Of a stretch of 64,000 bases of DNA, positions 23,815 to 34,507 are shown one piece after another. The translations under genes were made by a program, and so were the position numbers. This DNA is from Octopus sinensis. Taxonomy: Eukaryota. Position 1 is the first letter of the stretch; each line of letters starts with the position of its first letter. The stretch covers positions 51,646,001 through 51,710,000 of the forward strand of contig NC_043004.1 of assembly GCF_006345805.1 (NCBI RefSeq), given 5' to 3'. The notes below the pieces were generated by a model. The model saw only the letters and a list, made by a program, of their open reading frames with translations. It searched no databases and had not been told where the DNA came from.

Positions 23815-25767
23815 TCACACAGGCAGGTCCGGCCAATCCTTCACAGTGGCCACCTTCCTCAGGGCTCTATATCCCACGTAGCATCTCGCTGTGCCATCCC
23901 CATTCCGCGCAATTATCGCCGACGACCAGGAACCATTCCGCTTTTCCACTGTTCCCTGTCGCCGATATCTCCTCTTGCGCTGCTGTACTGGGACCATTCT
24001 GCGGCCTCGCTGCCTCCTCAAGCGACGACCGCCTTGGTTGATGTGAAGCACTCCGCCATGTTCGCGCGACCAACGTCCTGCGCTCCTCACCAACGGTTGC
24101 TTCTTCCGCAACTGCATCAGTGGACCACCATCTCCTTCGGCTGCATCACTGTATTGGCAGAACTGGCCCCGCCGCTGGTTTACCGTCCGGCGCAGTTCCA
24201 CGATTTGCCCTCTGCAAATCGCCTGCGCAGCCTTCGATAAATCGGCCGACCCAACCAGCGCTCTGTCAATTTCTGCCTCCACCAGGGTCCAGCCGACCCT
24301 CAATTGAGCTCTTACTCTGCACTGCCTGTCAGGCTCCACCAGCCCCACGCAACCATCGAATACAGAGCTCACCCAAGTGCCAATCAAGCACCAGCGACTC
24401 CCTGCGGACCGCTTCCTCAACTGCATCAGTGGGCCACCATCTCCTTCAACTGCGTTGCCGTATCGGCAGAACTGGCCCCACCACTGGTTCGCCATCTGGC
24501 ACGATTCCTCGATTTGCCTTCTACAAATCGCCTGTGCCACTTCCAAAAGATCGGCCGACCCAGCCAGCGCTCTGCCAGCTTCTGCTTCCACTAGGGTCCA
24601 CCCGACCCTCAATTGAGCTTTTACTATGCACTGCCTGTCGGGCTCCACCGGCCCCACGCAACCATCGAATACAGAGCTCACCCAAGTGCTAACCAAGCAC
24701 CAGCGACTCCTTGCGGACCGCTTCCGCAACTGCATCAGTGGGCCACCATCTCCTTCAACTGCGTTGCCGTATCGGCAGAACTAGCCCCACCACTGGTTCA
24801 CCATCTGGCACGATTCCTTGATTTGCCTTCTACAAATCGCCTGTGCCACTTCCAAAAGATCGGCCGACCCAGCCAGCGCTCTGCCAGCTTCTGCTTCTAC
24901 TAGGGTCCACCTGACCCTCAATTGAGCTTTTACTATGCACTGCCTGTCGGGCTCCACCGGCCCCAAGCAGCCATCAACCACACAGCTCACCCAACGCTGA
25001 AGCAGTCTTCCTGGTCTTGGTAGACCCACCACCGTTCGTAGCCGTCTCGCCTCGTCAACGGGCCTGGTCCTTTTCCTCACCAGCTTCTCCACCGAAGGCT
25101 TCACAACACACACGCTCGGCCGCCAGTCCATCCACGCCTGTGGCCTCTCCACAGTGGGAACCATACAGTCCTTCTGAGCCCCGAGAATCAGGGGCTCAGA
25201 CATCAAAGGACTCGCACACGGCATAACACCTGCCGCGACCATTACACACAGAGCCGGAACCTCAGACTTAGCGATATCCGCTCCAGACCTCGCCAGCTCT
25301 TCGTCCCGAGCTCCGAGAGACAGGGGTCGAGATGCCAAGGGCTCCAGACACGGGACAACAGCATCAGCCATCACACACGCAGGCTTTTCGGTTTTCTTAA
25401 CCTCTACGGGTACAGCATCACAAATTTCGGCAACCAGCCCAGGTTCCGCAACACTTCCTTCACGTCCAGCGTCACAAATTTCAGCAACCACTTCAAAGGG
25501 TTCTTCCGACCCACACTCTTCACTTGACGCCTCATTTGACGGGCAATCTCCGCCCACAGGACCGTCGCTATCTCCGGTCCAACACCGATCCTCCAAAGCT
25601 GACCCATCCGCAACCTCAAGCTCCTGCTGATCTGCCCACAGGCCCTGTCGCCTCTTGTCCATTCTTTCTAAGAATGCATCTGTCTGCGCCATCTGGCCCC
25701 TCAACATCTCCACAATCAGGGCAAGTGAAATCTCCTCGTCTCCGGTCCGACAACCAGACAAATCCAT
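23815..25767 (-). pseudogene. Internal ORF of the LTR element: ATG 25767 to TGA 23815 (651 codons) with one in-frame TAG at 24781-83; three 103-aa repeats; C-terminal degenerate RT N-terminus
   Basis: ORF-track ORFs 24781-25794 and 23815-24735 are in the same frame. The C-terminus NGSWSSAIIARNGDGTARCYVGYRAL resembles Gypsy RT SPWSSPIVLVxKKDGxxRFCVDYRxLN. Confidence 0.7.
24100..25000. repeat. 309-bp tandem repeat, about 3 copies
   Basis: Recurring blocks at 24121/24430/24739 and 24324/24633/24942, period 309. Confidence 0.92.
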
Positions 25768-25802
25768 AGCGAAAAAGCCGACCAAGCGCAGCAATCAGGA
25801 CA

Positions 25803-25820
25803 ATCCCACTTCTGATACCA
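25803..25820 (-). promoter_or_regulatory. Primer-binding site TGGTATCAGAAGTGGGAT (tRNA-Leu type)
   Basis: Lies 2 nt inside the 5' LTR. Complementary to the common tRNA-Leu 3' end ATCCCACTTCTGACACCA (recalled) with one mismatch. Confidence 0.8.
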
Positions 25821-25822
25821 AT

Positions 25823-26889
25823 TGTTACGGAATCACCCGTTGTCGCCGCTCGCCCGAACGGCGCAAGTTCGCCACGGATCCCAAAGAGGAGAGAGGAGAG
25901 ACACAACAACAACAACAGCAGCAGCACAGAGAGATACCGAGAGAGACACAAAGAGGCAAAACGGCAACAGCTGGCTTACATTTAACAACAGTTTATGACA
26001 ATCAATTGTTACACATCAAATATATTTAAAGGAAACAACAAATCAATACATCATACGGGTATACCACAGATCAAAGCATTTAAATATGCAAGTAACAATA
26101 TAACAGTCCGGAGACGACACAACAATCAGTATTTCAAAGGTACACGTCCGAAGACACAGTTCTTTTCCAAATCACTTCAACAGATAACGCTCACAGTTCT
26201 TTAAAGTCTTTTTCTACACAAATCAACACAATTCTGAACATAAATACCACAACTCGATAATCGACACATCGACAAGTCCTTGACTCAATTCACATTGTTC
26301 GTTTCACTGTCTCATTTCTTTTCACTGTCTCTTTACATCGTGACACGTATCAATACATAATCAAATACCTTAATTCCTAATTGAATAGCCAGTGTCCCAT
26401 CTTGCACTTCATCTCTCTCTGTACCGCTTATTCCTCTGCATATATCCCTTTCTGTCTGTCGCTAGCTCCAACCTGCCAAGCTCTCGCATCCCAACTTGCT
26501 TTGCCCTGACTTCCAAAATCCGACTGCTTTCTTTGACGACCGAATACCCACTGACCCTCTATCACTACCCCTCAATCTGTCCCTCGCAATCACTCTCTCC
26601 CTTAGCTCTGCCATACTCTCTGCCTGTCCTCCTCTGCCCCTCATCCTCTCTCACTGCTAATATCCTCTCTATCTGCTCTCAGATTCCCTACTCTATCTTT
26701 CTCACCACTTTCCTTCCTCTTCTTCAAGGGGTGTCTAGGACGACCTCCAATCGACCGCACAAGGCCAAAGGTCCCTCCAAAAAGCCATTACTCTTCCAGT
26801 AAACAAAGGGCTGTCACTTTTTACTCCAGGCCTGCCGGCGCCATTCCCAAAAAGGGGGACAAGAAATACTGCACTAGCCAAACATAACA
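25823..26889 (-). repeat. 5' LTR of the Gypsy-derived element
   Basis: About 99% identical to 22482-23548 by manual comparison (10 substitutions, 2 single-base indels). Adjacent to the PBS. Confidence 0.95.
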
Positions 26890-27399
26890 ATATATACGAC
26901 AGGCTTCTTTCAGTTTCCGTCTACCAAATCCACTCACAAGGCATTGGTTGGCCCGGGGCTATAGCAGAAGACACTTGCCCAAGATGCCACACAGTGGGAC
27001 TGAACCCGGAACCATGTGGTTGGTTAGCAAGCTACTTACCATACAGCCACTCCTGCGCCTATATTATACTAAAACTCAAAGTTGTCTGTTTTCCTGCCAT
27101 TTGATTAAGATGATACAGATTACAAATAAAATAGTCATTTCCACCTTTAAGAAAAAAAAAAATCAAGTTGAAAATGTCATCACAGCTACTGCTGCTGTCC
27201 ATCCAATTTTTTTTATTTCTTACTTACTTTTTGCTTCCCTTAATCATTTATACAACTTTCAGAGTTCTGTGAACTGAAAGATAGAAACTCTCCCTATGTT
27301 TTTATGAGATGTTTTTTGAACCATGGGTACTTGATTTTATTTTTTCTGAAAGGGGAAGATTGCTGTTTTATTTCAAATAGGATATTAATCTTTATCATC

Positions 27400-28060
27400 T
27401 TAATCAAAAGGCAGAAAAACAGTCAGAGAGACTATCTCTTTACAGACGAAGATCAGATGCAATGGGAGGAGTTGAATCTCATAAGAATGGAAGAACAAAC
27501 CACACCAAATGGATTGTACCTTATAATCAAACGCCACATTGCTCGGTGAGGCCAGTTAAGTACGTCATCAAGTACACACTGAAAGGAAATGACCAAGCTG
27601 TTGCTCAAATAAACAATAATAATGCAATTAGTCAATATCAAACGGGTAGCCATATTGGACTATCCAAAGCAATTGCGTCCATTTGGGGATTTTCAGTTCA
27701 TGAAAGAGCACCGGCAATAGTGAAACTGCAAGTTCATCTACCAGATTAACAAAGAACATTGCTCAGAAATAATGAGGATGTATTTGGCTGTCAGTGAATG
27801 ACATATGGAAACAACATTAACAGAATTCTTTTCATTGTGCATCAATGATGACTTTGCAAGAACATTACTTTATGCTGAAGTACCGATGTATTTCACTTGA
27901 AATGATAGTAACAGAATGGCAAAGAAGACAGCAAGGAAAAACGGTGAAGGCCATTTGAATGTTTTTAAAGAAGAAACAACTTAGTTGTGTTTATGTTGTT
28001 ACACCAAAGGCAGGAGAACTGTATTGTTTAAGAATCTTATTGCATGAAGCTCAAAATAGT
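27400..28060 (+). mobile_element. Helitron RepHel remnant
   Basis: QYQTGSHIG..KAIASIWGFSVHERAPAIVKLQVHLP, TTLTEFFSLC.NDDFARTLLYAEVP.YFT, VYVVTP..GELYCLRILLH; multiple stops. Confidence 0.8.
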
Positions 28061-28301
28061 ATTTTTTTCCTTTCTCACCACATATCGACATTTTCAACTT
28101 GGAGTGGTTGTGACCCAACAGGTCACGGTGGGTACATCTAGTATATATGTACTGTTTTCTTCCTTGTATACCATTCTCCCTAAAAAATGGATCTACGCAC
28201 TCAATATCCCTTCTTATCTCACATCTATTTTCTTTCCTCCACCTTACTCTCTATTTTGTATTTTATCTAAATTAACTATTACTTAACCATCCTCTCACAC
28301 C

Positions 28302-28353
28302 GTCTCCGATGAAGGGATATAATTAATAAATATCCTGAAAACATCTGTAAGAC
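28302..28353 (+). ncRNA. Minimal type I hammerhead ribozyme motif (Penelope-type)
   Basis: GTCT-CCGATGA-AGGGATAT-(9-nt loop)-ATATCCT-GAAA-ACATCT-GTA-AGAC. Confidence 0.6.
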
Positions 28354-28514
28354 CTTCTGTATATAAATGTTCTAATATCTGTACAGCCTTGGTTTTTTTA
28401 TCTCATTACGCAAAAAATTTATATATGTATGTATATGTATGTATATATATGTATATATATGTATGTATATATGTGTATATATATGTATGAATATATGTAT
28501 ATTATATATATGTA

Positions 28515-28558
<44 letters not shown>

Positions 28559-29229
28559 TATGACAGGCTTCTTCCAGTTTCTGTTTATCAGATCTAGTTT
28601 CAGTGCTTTAGTCAACCCAGGGGTAAAGTAGCAAACATTTGCCCAGGTTGCTATCATCCACAAATAAATCACCTGCTGCTTCACAGATAATTCTCTGGTC
28701 ACTCAACATTAGCAGAGACCAACAAGCTCCTTCTGATCATCCTTTTTACATATGCTTTACAATGCTGGCATGAGCTACATGATGTCTCACCATATGTCAT
28801 AATCCCATGTCATCTGGTATGCAAAACAGCCGAAAGAACCCCCACCACTCTCTCTGTAAAGTGTGTCATACTCTGACATGGTTTTAACAGCTGGATACCT
28901 TCCTGTCACCTGATTATCTGCAGTTTATCATGGTACTGGTACCACAGGGTTTGTGTCATTTCGAATCCTTTGCAGCCACTTGATGTTGAGTTTTCTCCTT
29001 AACCCTATAACATTTAAACCAGCCATATCCAGTCCAAATATGCTGCCTGTTTTATGTTCTAACCAGCCAGGTCCAGCCTATCATACCTACCCTTCAATGC
29101 TATCATAAAATATATAATCGAACTTTTGAAGCTACTTCAAAAGCTTGTTATTTTGTTGCATCAAACTTTTGAAGCTACAAAATAATGCATGATTCATTAA
29201 AAATAATTTGAATGATAAAGAAGGATTAA

Positions 29230-29450
29230 CCCTTTCGTTACCAACCCGGCTGAAACCGGCTGTGGCTCTGTAGTACAAATGTCTTGTTTTCATAAGTTTT
29301 GAATTAAAATCTTCCACCAAACCTTAGTCCCAATTTATGTTCCCAACACTAGCTTAATGATAACGAAGTTATTTTACTAAATTCTTTGTTATATTTAAAA
29401 TAATTGAAAGAAACAGAGATCATCTCAAAATAAATACGGTAATGAAAGGG
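29230..29450. mobile_element. piggyBac-type MITE (221 bp); right-half copy at 21638-21774
   Basis: TTAA|CCCTTTCGTTACC ... GGTAATGAAAGGG|TTAA. Confidence 0.88.
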
Positions 29451-30122
29451 TTAAGCATATGAATTGGAAACTGTCCATTTTCTTCCATTTTTGTCACTTT
29501 CCAGTTTTCACATCTGTAAACTCAAAAGGCTTCAAGTCATAAGAAGGAAGAAAATGGTATATATAAGGGAACAGGAGTCTCTGTAGTGAACGGCATTACA
29601 TAATGAAGTTCATTATATAAATTTCTTGTTACCTTATCTCATATATAATCTCTTGCGTGTGTGTGCATTTGTGTTACCTTGTCTTGACATTATTTGACAG
29701 TTATAAATGAGAATCCCTATCATACATGCAATGTCCTTCACTGTCTATCTTCTATGAAAACATGTCTAGTCATGCTTGGTAGCAGATGAAGGCTGCTAGC
29801 AGAAAAGACATCTGACCTTAGAAAATTTGCGGCTTCAGTGATTTCTGTTTGACCCTTTCAAGCATGGAAAAGCAGACAATAAAACAACAGCAACAGTGAT
29901 GAGATGATGATGATGATGAATAATCTAGCAATGTAGCTAGCTATCGTTCATGTGTATTATGGTTTTGATGATTTGGCCGCACATGTTTTTTACTATTGCT
30001 TTTATGTTCCTATGTAGTTGCAAGCAGATGTTGTCCTCCTCTCAGCCTTCTCGCTATTGACCCAGCAGCACATCTAGGATGTGGCAAGTGGAAGAAAATA
30101 CAACTGCTACCAGCATCTAACT

Positions 30123-30973
30123 CAGTGGTTCTCAACCATTTCTTTATCAATGGACTCCCATTGCCATTTGATGTTTCGTTTCTTCTCCCCTCTTTAATTC
30201 CTTCCTTCTCTCTCTCTCCCCCTTGGTGCCTTTGTCCCTTTCTTTCTCTCTCTCTTTGATTCCTTGCCCCCTGCTTTTCTTTCTCTCTCTTCTGTCCTCT
30301 GGTCTTTTTGGCTTGACCGCTGCCATGTTAACACTGTTGTCTTCGTTTGCTGCGAAGGCATTTTTCAAATACGCCAGCCAAGATAAGTTAAAAATTGTCT
30401 GAAGTCGTAAGACACCCGCTGTTTTGTCCCGTTATTACTATTCTTGTTTTTTATTTCTAATTTTTGTTTCTTGTATTTATATTCGTGTGGCATTCTGTCC
30501 TTGTTTCGTCACATTTGATCCTCTTTCCAAGAAATCTAATGCTCGTAGCTTAGTTTTTCTTTGGGGCTGGCCGTATCGGAACGATATCAGGATTAATCAG
30601 CCGAAATCGCTAAGATGATCCGGTTCCCGACTGAAGATTAGAGGCTTCGAATGACCCGTCTATTTTTTTGTGTCGTCTCTTTGTGTGTTTTTGCGTTCTT
30701 GTCCCATTTTGTAATTTATATTTAATTTCTATACATATATTATTGCGGCGCAACGTACCCCTATCTCCTATCTTTCAAAACACCTATCTTGTCCATCATG
30801 TTCTAACTTGTGTAGGTTGAACTGAGCAAAACACGTGAGAAAGATCCCTAGCAATAAATACATCTATAGCAACATTGTTTCACAGACCCTTAAAATAATA
30901 CTGAGGACCCAATTTACTATTTTGTTCATGTAGACCCCAAAAATCTTATATGGTCCCTGATCAAGAACTACTG
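30123..30973. mobile_element. hAT (Charlie/Buster-type) MITE, probably with a nested insert
   Basis: CAGTGGTTCTCAA ... TCAAGAACTACTG ends; 8-bp TSD ATCTAACT/ATCTAGCT. Confidence 0.75.
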
Positions 30974-31097
30974 ATCTAGCTGGCACTCCTTTACAGCTGA
31001 GGAGACTGAGAAAAGAGTAAAGATGTAGTACTGTATAGATGCCATCACTGTGCTGCTGTTGTTTTGTATCCATTTCATTACTATTTATTGTTTTCAG

Positions 31098-31176
31098 GAT
31101 ATGGACTCTTTCATTGGCAAGACAGTGCCCGCATCAATACACCTTAAGGAAGATCTCAAACTTGACAGTCCTTTGG
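31098..31176 (+). CDS. GLDC: Glycine dehydrogenase (P-protein) coding exon, equivalent to human exon 2 (DMDSFIGKTVPASIHLKEDLKLDSPL-G)
   Basis: ttttcag acceptor and GTGAGT donor, 79 bp, phase 0 to 1. The peptide resembles vertebrate GLDC [26 protein letters not shown] and joins in frame to the exon at 50749. Confidence 0.9.
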
Positions 31177-32034
31177 GTGAGTCTATTGTGTTACTGATTT
31201 TTAATTTTTCAATCATGTTGTTGCCTTTTATTAACTCCAAGTCAGTCCTGATCAAAGCAAAAAAAAAAATCAAAGCATTCTGGCCATAACCATTCTCACA
31301 TTTTTTTTTTCGAGTATAGGATAACACAGACAACATTTACGCAACAAGTTCTTCTCTTTTAAGGCAGTTGTTTTTTTTTTATTCACCATAAAGGTTTTAC
31401 ATAGAGGGGACCTTACAATACATTGGGGACACAAAACATAAAAAATTAAGATTAAAATAAAAACATAATCGTATGATAGAGATGTAAAAAGGGTGAAAAT
31501 GAGAGATGTTAACTGATGTTAACTGCCCCATCAGTCAACATCACTTACTTGCCCTCTTTCCTATTTCAATGAAAAAACCACATAGTCCCCTATATTTACC
31601 CCATATATTTTCTCAAATTCACCCCTCCTTTCCTGTTTAAGGCAGTAAGATTTAGTTTACTGAGGACTTGGTCAGTTGTTGTTTCCAGCAGGCTGAGTAA
31701 CTATGAATAATTGTGGTACATTCCCATAATCCATCTACATTAGTTACATGGGTGGGTGCTGAAAAGTTCCTGACCTTAGGTAATAGAAAATACAGGAGGT
31801 TCAGTTAATTATGATTTTATTCAACATATTCCCCTCTCAGATTTACACACTTATTGCACCACCCCTTCAGTTTTTTTAAGCCCTGTAAAAGAACTCAGAA
31901 GGTTGGGCCTCAGCAGTAATGATATTGGCATTTTGATACCCGACCTGTATCATCATGATACAGGTAACTCTTTTCCAATATTCAAATGGCTTCCAATTCT
32001 CCATGTCAGCTAACATTTTCTCAACTACAACTTT

Positions 32035-32260
32035 TACCTTTTAGCATTCAGATTATTCTGTTAAATATAATGCATATTTCTTCACATTCTTTAAAGTTAA
32101 TCCTGTATCATCTTGTAGCTTTAAGATTTCAAAGTTATGACTGTTTATATTTAGAATGACATTGCAGGATATATGTGAGAAGCTGGGATCTGGCCAGTTT
32201 GAAGATAAAGCAGGTAGAATATTTGGGCCAGATATGACTGGTTTAAATGCTAGAGGGTTG
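32035..32260. mobile_element. Second piggyBac-type MITE family, diverged (fragments also at about 240, 2690, 14935, 28998)
   Basis: CCTTTTAGCATT ... AAATGCTAGAGGG ends and shared internal sequence. Confidence 0.6.
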
Positions 32261-33839
32261 TTAATCTTTGTGCTCTCCGACAGGTTGTCTGTTCACCAAT
32301 ACCTCAAGCTGTTCCTGATAAAAAAGGAGACATAAAAGCAATCATAAAATTTAGCACAAAGACCCTGTGTGTGTGTGTGTGTGTATGTGTGTGTGTGTGT
32401 ACATATGCATGCATATGTGTGATGGGCTTCTTTAAGTTTCTGTTGACTAAATCCACTCACAAGGCTCTAGTTGGCCCAGTGCTATAGCAGAAGACACTTA
32501 AGGTCCCATATTATGGAACTGAACCTGAAACTGTGTGGTTGGAAAGCGAATATCTTAACTACATAACCATACCCATGCATGCACACATTCACACACACAC
32601 ACACATGCACACACATACCCATTTTAATGTTTTTTTTTCCCATGCTTGCATGGATTAGATGAGGTTTACTGAGGCAGATTTTCTACAGCTGGATGCCCTT
32701 CCTGTCACCAACTTTCACCTGTTTCAAAGTAAAGTAGTATTTCTCCAAAAACAAGCATGTTTTCATGGAATATTGCAAATGAATGAAACTCATTTACCAC
32801 TATCACTTGATGTCAAAACAAGGACACACACACACACATATATATGTGATAAGGTGTGGTGACAGGAAGACACTTTAGGTGTAAAATACTGCTGCAGTTT
32901 ATGCAAGTATAGAAAAGCAGATAAAAAACAAAGGAACGAATATGAGAATGTGTTGCAAGGTGAATGTACATATTTAATTATCTTTGACTTTATGTAAATT
33001 CTGTTTAATGAACATATTGTTATCTCCCAAAAAACGAAGTTTATTAAAATCAGATACAGACTGTGTAATGGGATCTTGAAAGTCTTATATTATTGCAGAC
33101 ACTTAAATAAACGCAACCAACTTAGAATATTTACAGCACAGATGTGAAATTATAAAAGATAAAAAAAAAACTCTTGTACTTTTTTTTTTCATTGTTTTTT
33201 ACTCGTTTCAGCCACTGGACTGTGGTCATTCTGGGGCACTGCCTTGAAGGATTTTAGTCAAACAATTCAACCTCAGTATTTAGATTTTTTTTTTAAAGTC
33301 TGTTACTTATTCTGTCACAGTCCCTTTTGCCAAACTGCTGTTACAAGGATGTAAACAAACCAACACGAGTTATTGGGTGGTAATGGGATAAACATACACG
33401 CACACACACACACACACAAGGCTTTCTTACAGTTTCCATCACCAAGTTCCCTCACAAGGCCCTAGTTGGTCCTAGGGCTGTAGTAGAAGACACTTGCCCA
33501 ATGTGCCTAGAATTTGATCATAAACATAATTCTGTCTTCTGAGTTTCACTTATTGATCTATTGTATATTTTCTTTAACCTTCTAATCCAGTTTGTTTTAA
33601 CCCCAAGTTCAAACCTGATGAGGGCCTATGATCAAAGGTATGCCAACCAAGACTGTTTTAGGGGTATGTAGGACTGCATTATCTCATATTCCCTTTCTGT
33701 AAAGTGGTATGATGTAAGTTAAAGGAGACTAAGCTGTTATTTCTAGCAGGTTGCACAACTGTAAAGAGGTTTCTTCCTTATTAGCTCTAATCCAGTTAGT
33801 ATTGGATGGTCTGCTAACATTTGCAACAGACATCAGCTG

Positions 33840-34507
33840 TGATTAAAGTGTCACTCAACTGTCAACTATTATTCATGTATCTGTCAAGTGGAATAAAAGC
33901 ATGTCAGCTAAGATTAATTTCACCCAAGTGTCAGCTAGGATTAATGTCACTTGAGTGTCAGCTTGGATTAATGTGTCATTCAAGTATCACCCAGGATTAA
34001 AGTATCTCTCAAATGCCAGTCAAGATTAAAGTATTACTCAAGTGTTGGCTGAGATTAAAGTGTCACTTGAACATTGGCTGGGATTAATGCGTCACTCAAG
34101 TATCACCTAAAATTTGTGTCACTTAAGTATTGGATGGGATTAAAGTGTCTCCCAAGTGCCAGTCAGGATTAAAGTATTACTCAAGTTTGGCTGAGACTAA
34201 TGTATCACTCCAGTGTCAACTGGAATTAATGTGTCCCTCAAATGTTAGCTAGGACTAAAGTGTCACTCAAGTATCAAGTGGGATTAATGTGTTTTTCAAG
34301 TGTCAGCTAGGATTTAAATATTACTCAAGTGTTACTTGAGACTAATGTATTACTCAAGTGTTAATCAGGATTACTGTGTCCCTCAAGTGTCAGCTGGTAC
34401 TAAAGTGTCCCTCAGGTATCTCTTAAGATTTAATATGTCCCTCAAGTGTCAAATGGGATTAAAGTATTACTCAAGTGTCAGCTGAGATTAAAGTGTTACT
34501 CAAGTAC
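33840..34507. repeat. Diverged 29-bp minisatellite, about 23 units
   Basis: Unit like GATTAAAGTATTACTCAAGTGTCAGCTGA. Confidence 0.9.

Larger units (their letters stand above)
22482..26889 (-). mobile_element. Non-autonomous Ty3/Gypsy-derived LTR retrotransposon (4408 bp)
   Basis: Two 1067-bp direct repeats starting TGTTAC and ending TAACA, a 4-bp ATAT TSD (22478-81 and 26890-93), and PBS and PPT on the minus strand. Degenerate Gypsy pol motifs lie internally. Confidence 0.95.
22261..27060 (-). mobile_element. tRNA-derived SINE (family A) split by the LTR element (halves 22261-22481 and 26890-27060)
   Basis: The two halves rejoin into a standard family-A copy. The LTR element sits in its central (TA)n tract. 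Confidence 0.92.

Noticed and set aside
24781-24783. TAG as a programmed gag-pol read-through signal
   Set aside because: The equivalent codon is CAG in both sister repeats (24472, 24163), so a single C-to-T change is simpler. No intact pol follows.
27640-27670. SHIG motif as GLDC exon 1 (RHIGP)
   Set aside because: The surrounding peptide is Helitron RepHel-like, with no GLDC context or suitable donor.
30625-30665. CTGAAGA...CGAA as a third hammerhead
   Set aside because: Stem II does not pair convincingly, GAAA is broken and no stem I/III is evident.
33840-34507. CRISPR-like alternation of conserved and variable segments
   Set aside because: The variable parts are only ~10 nt and homologous to each other, there are no cas genes, and the context is a eukaryotic intron. 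It is a minisatellite.
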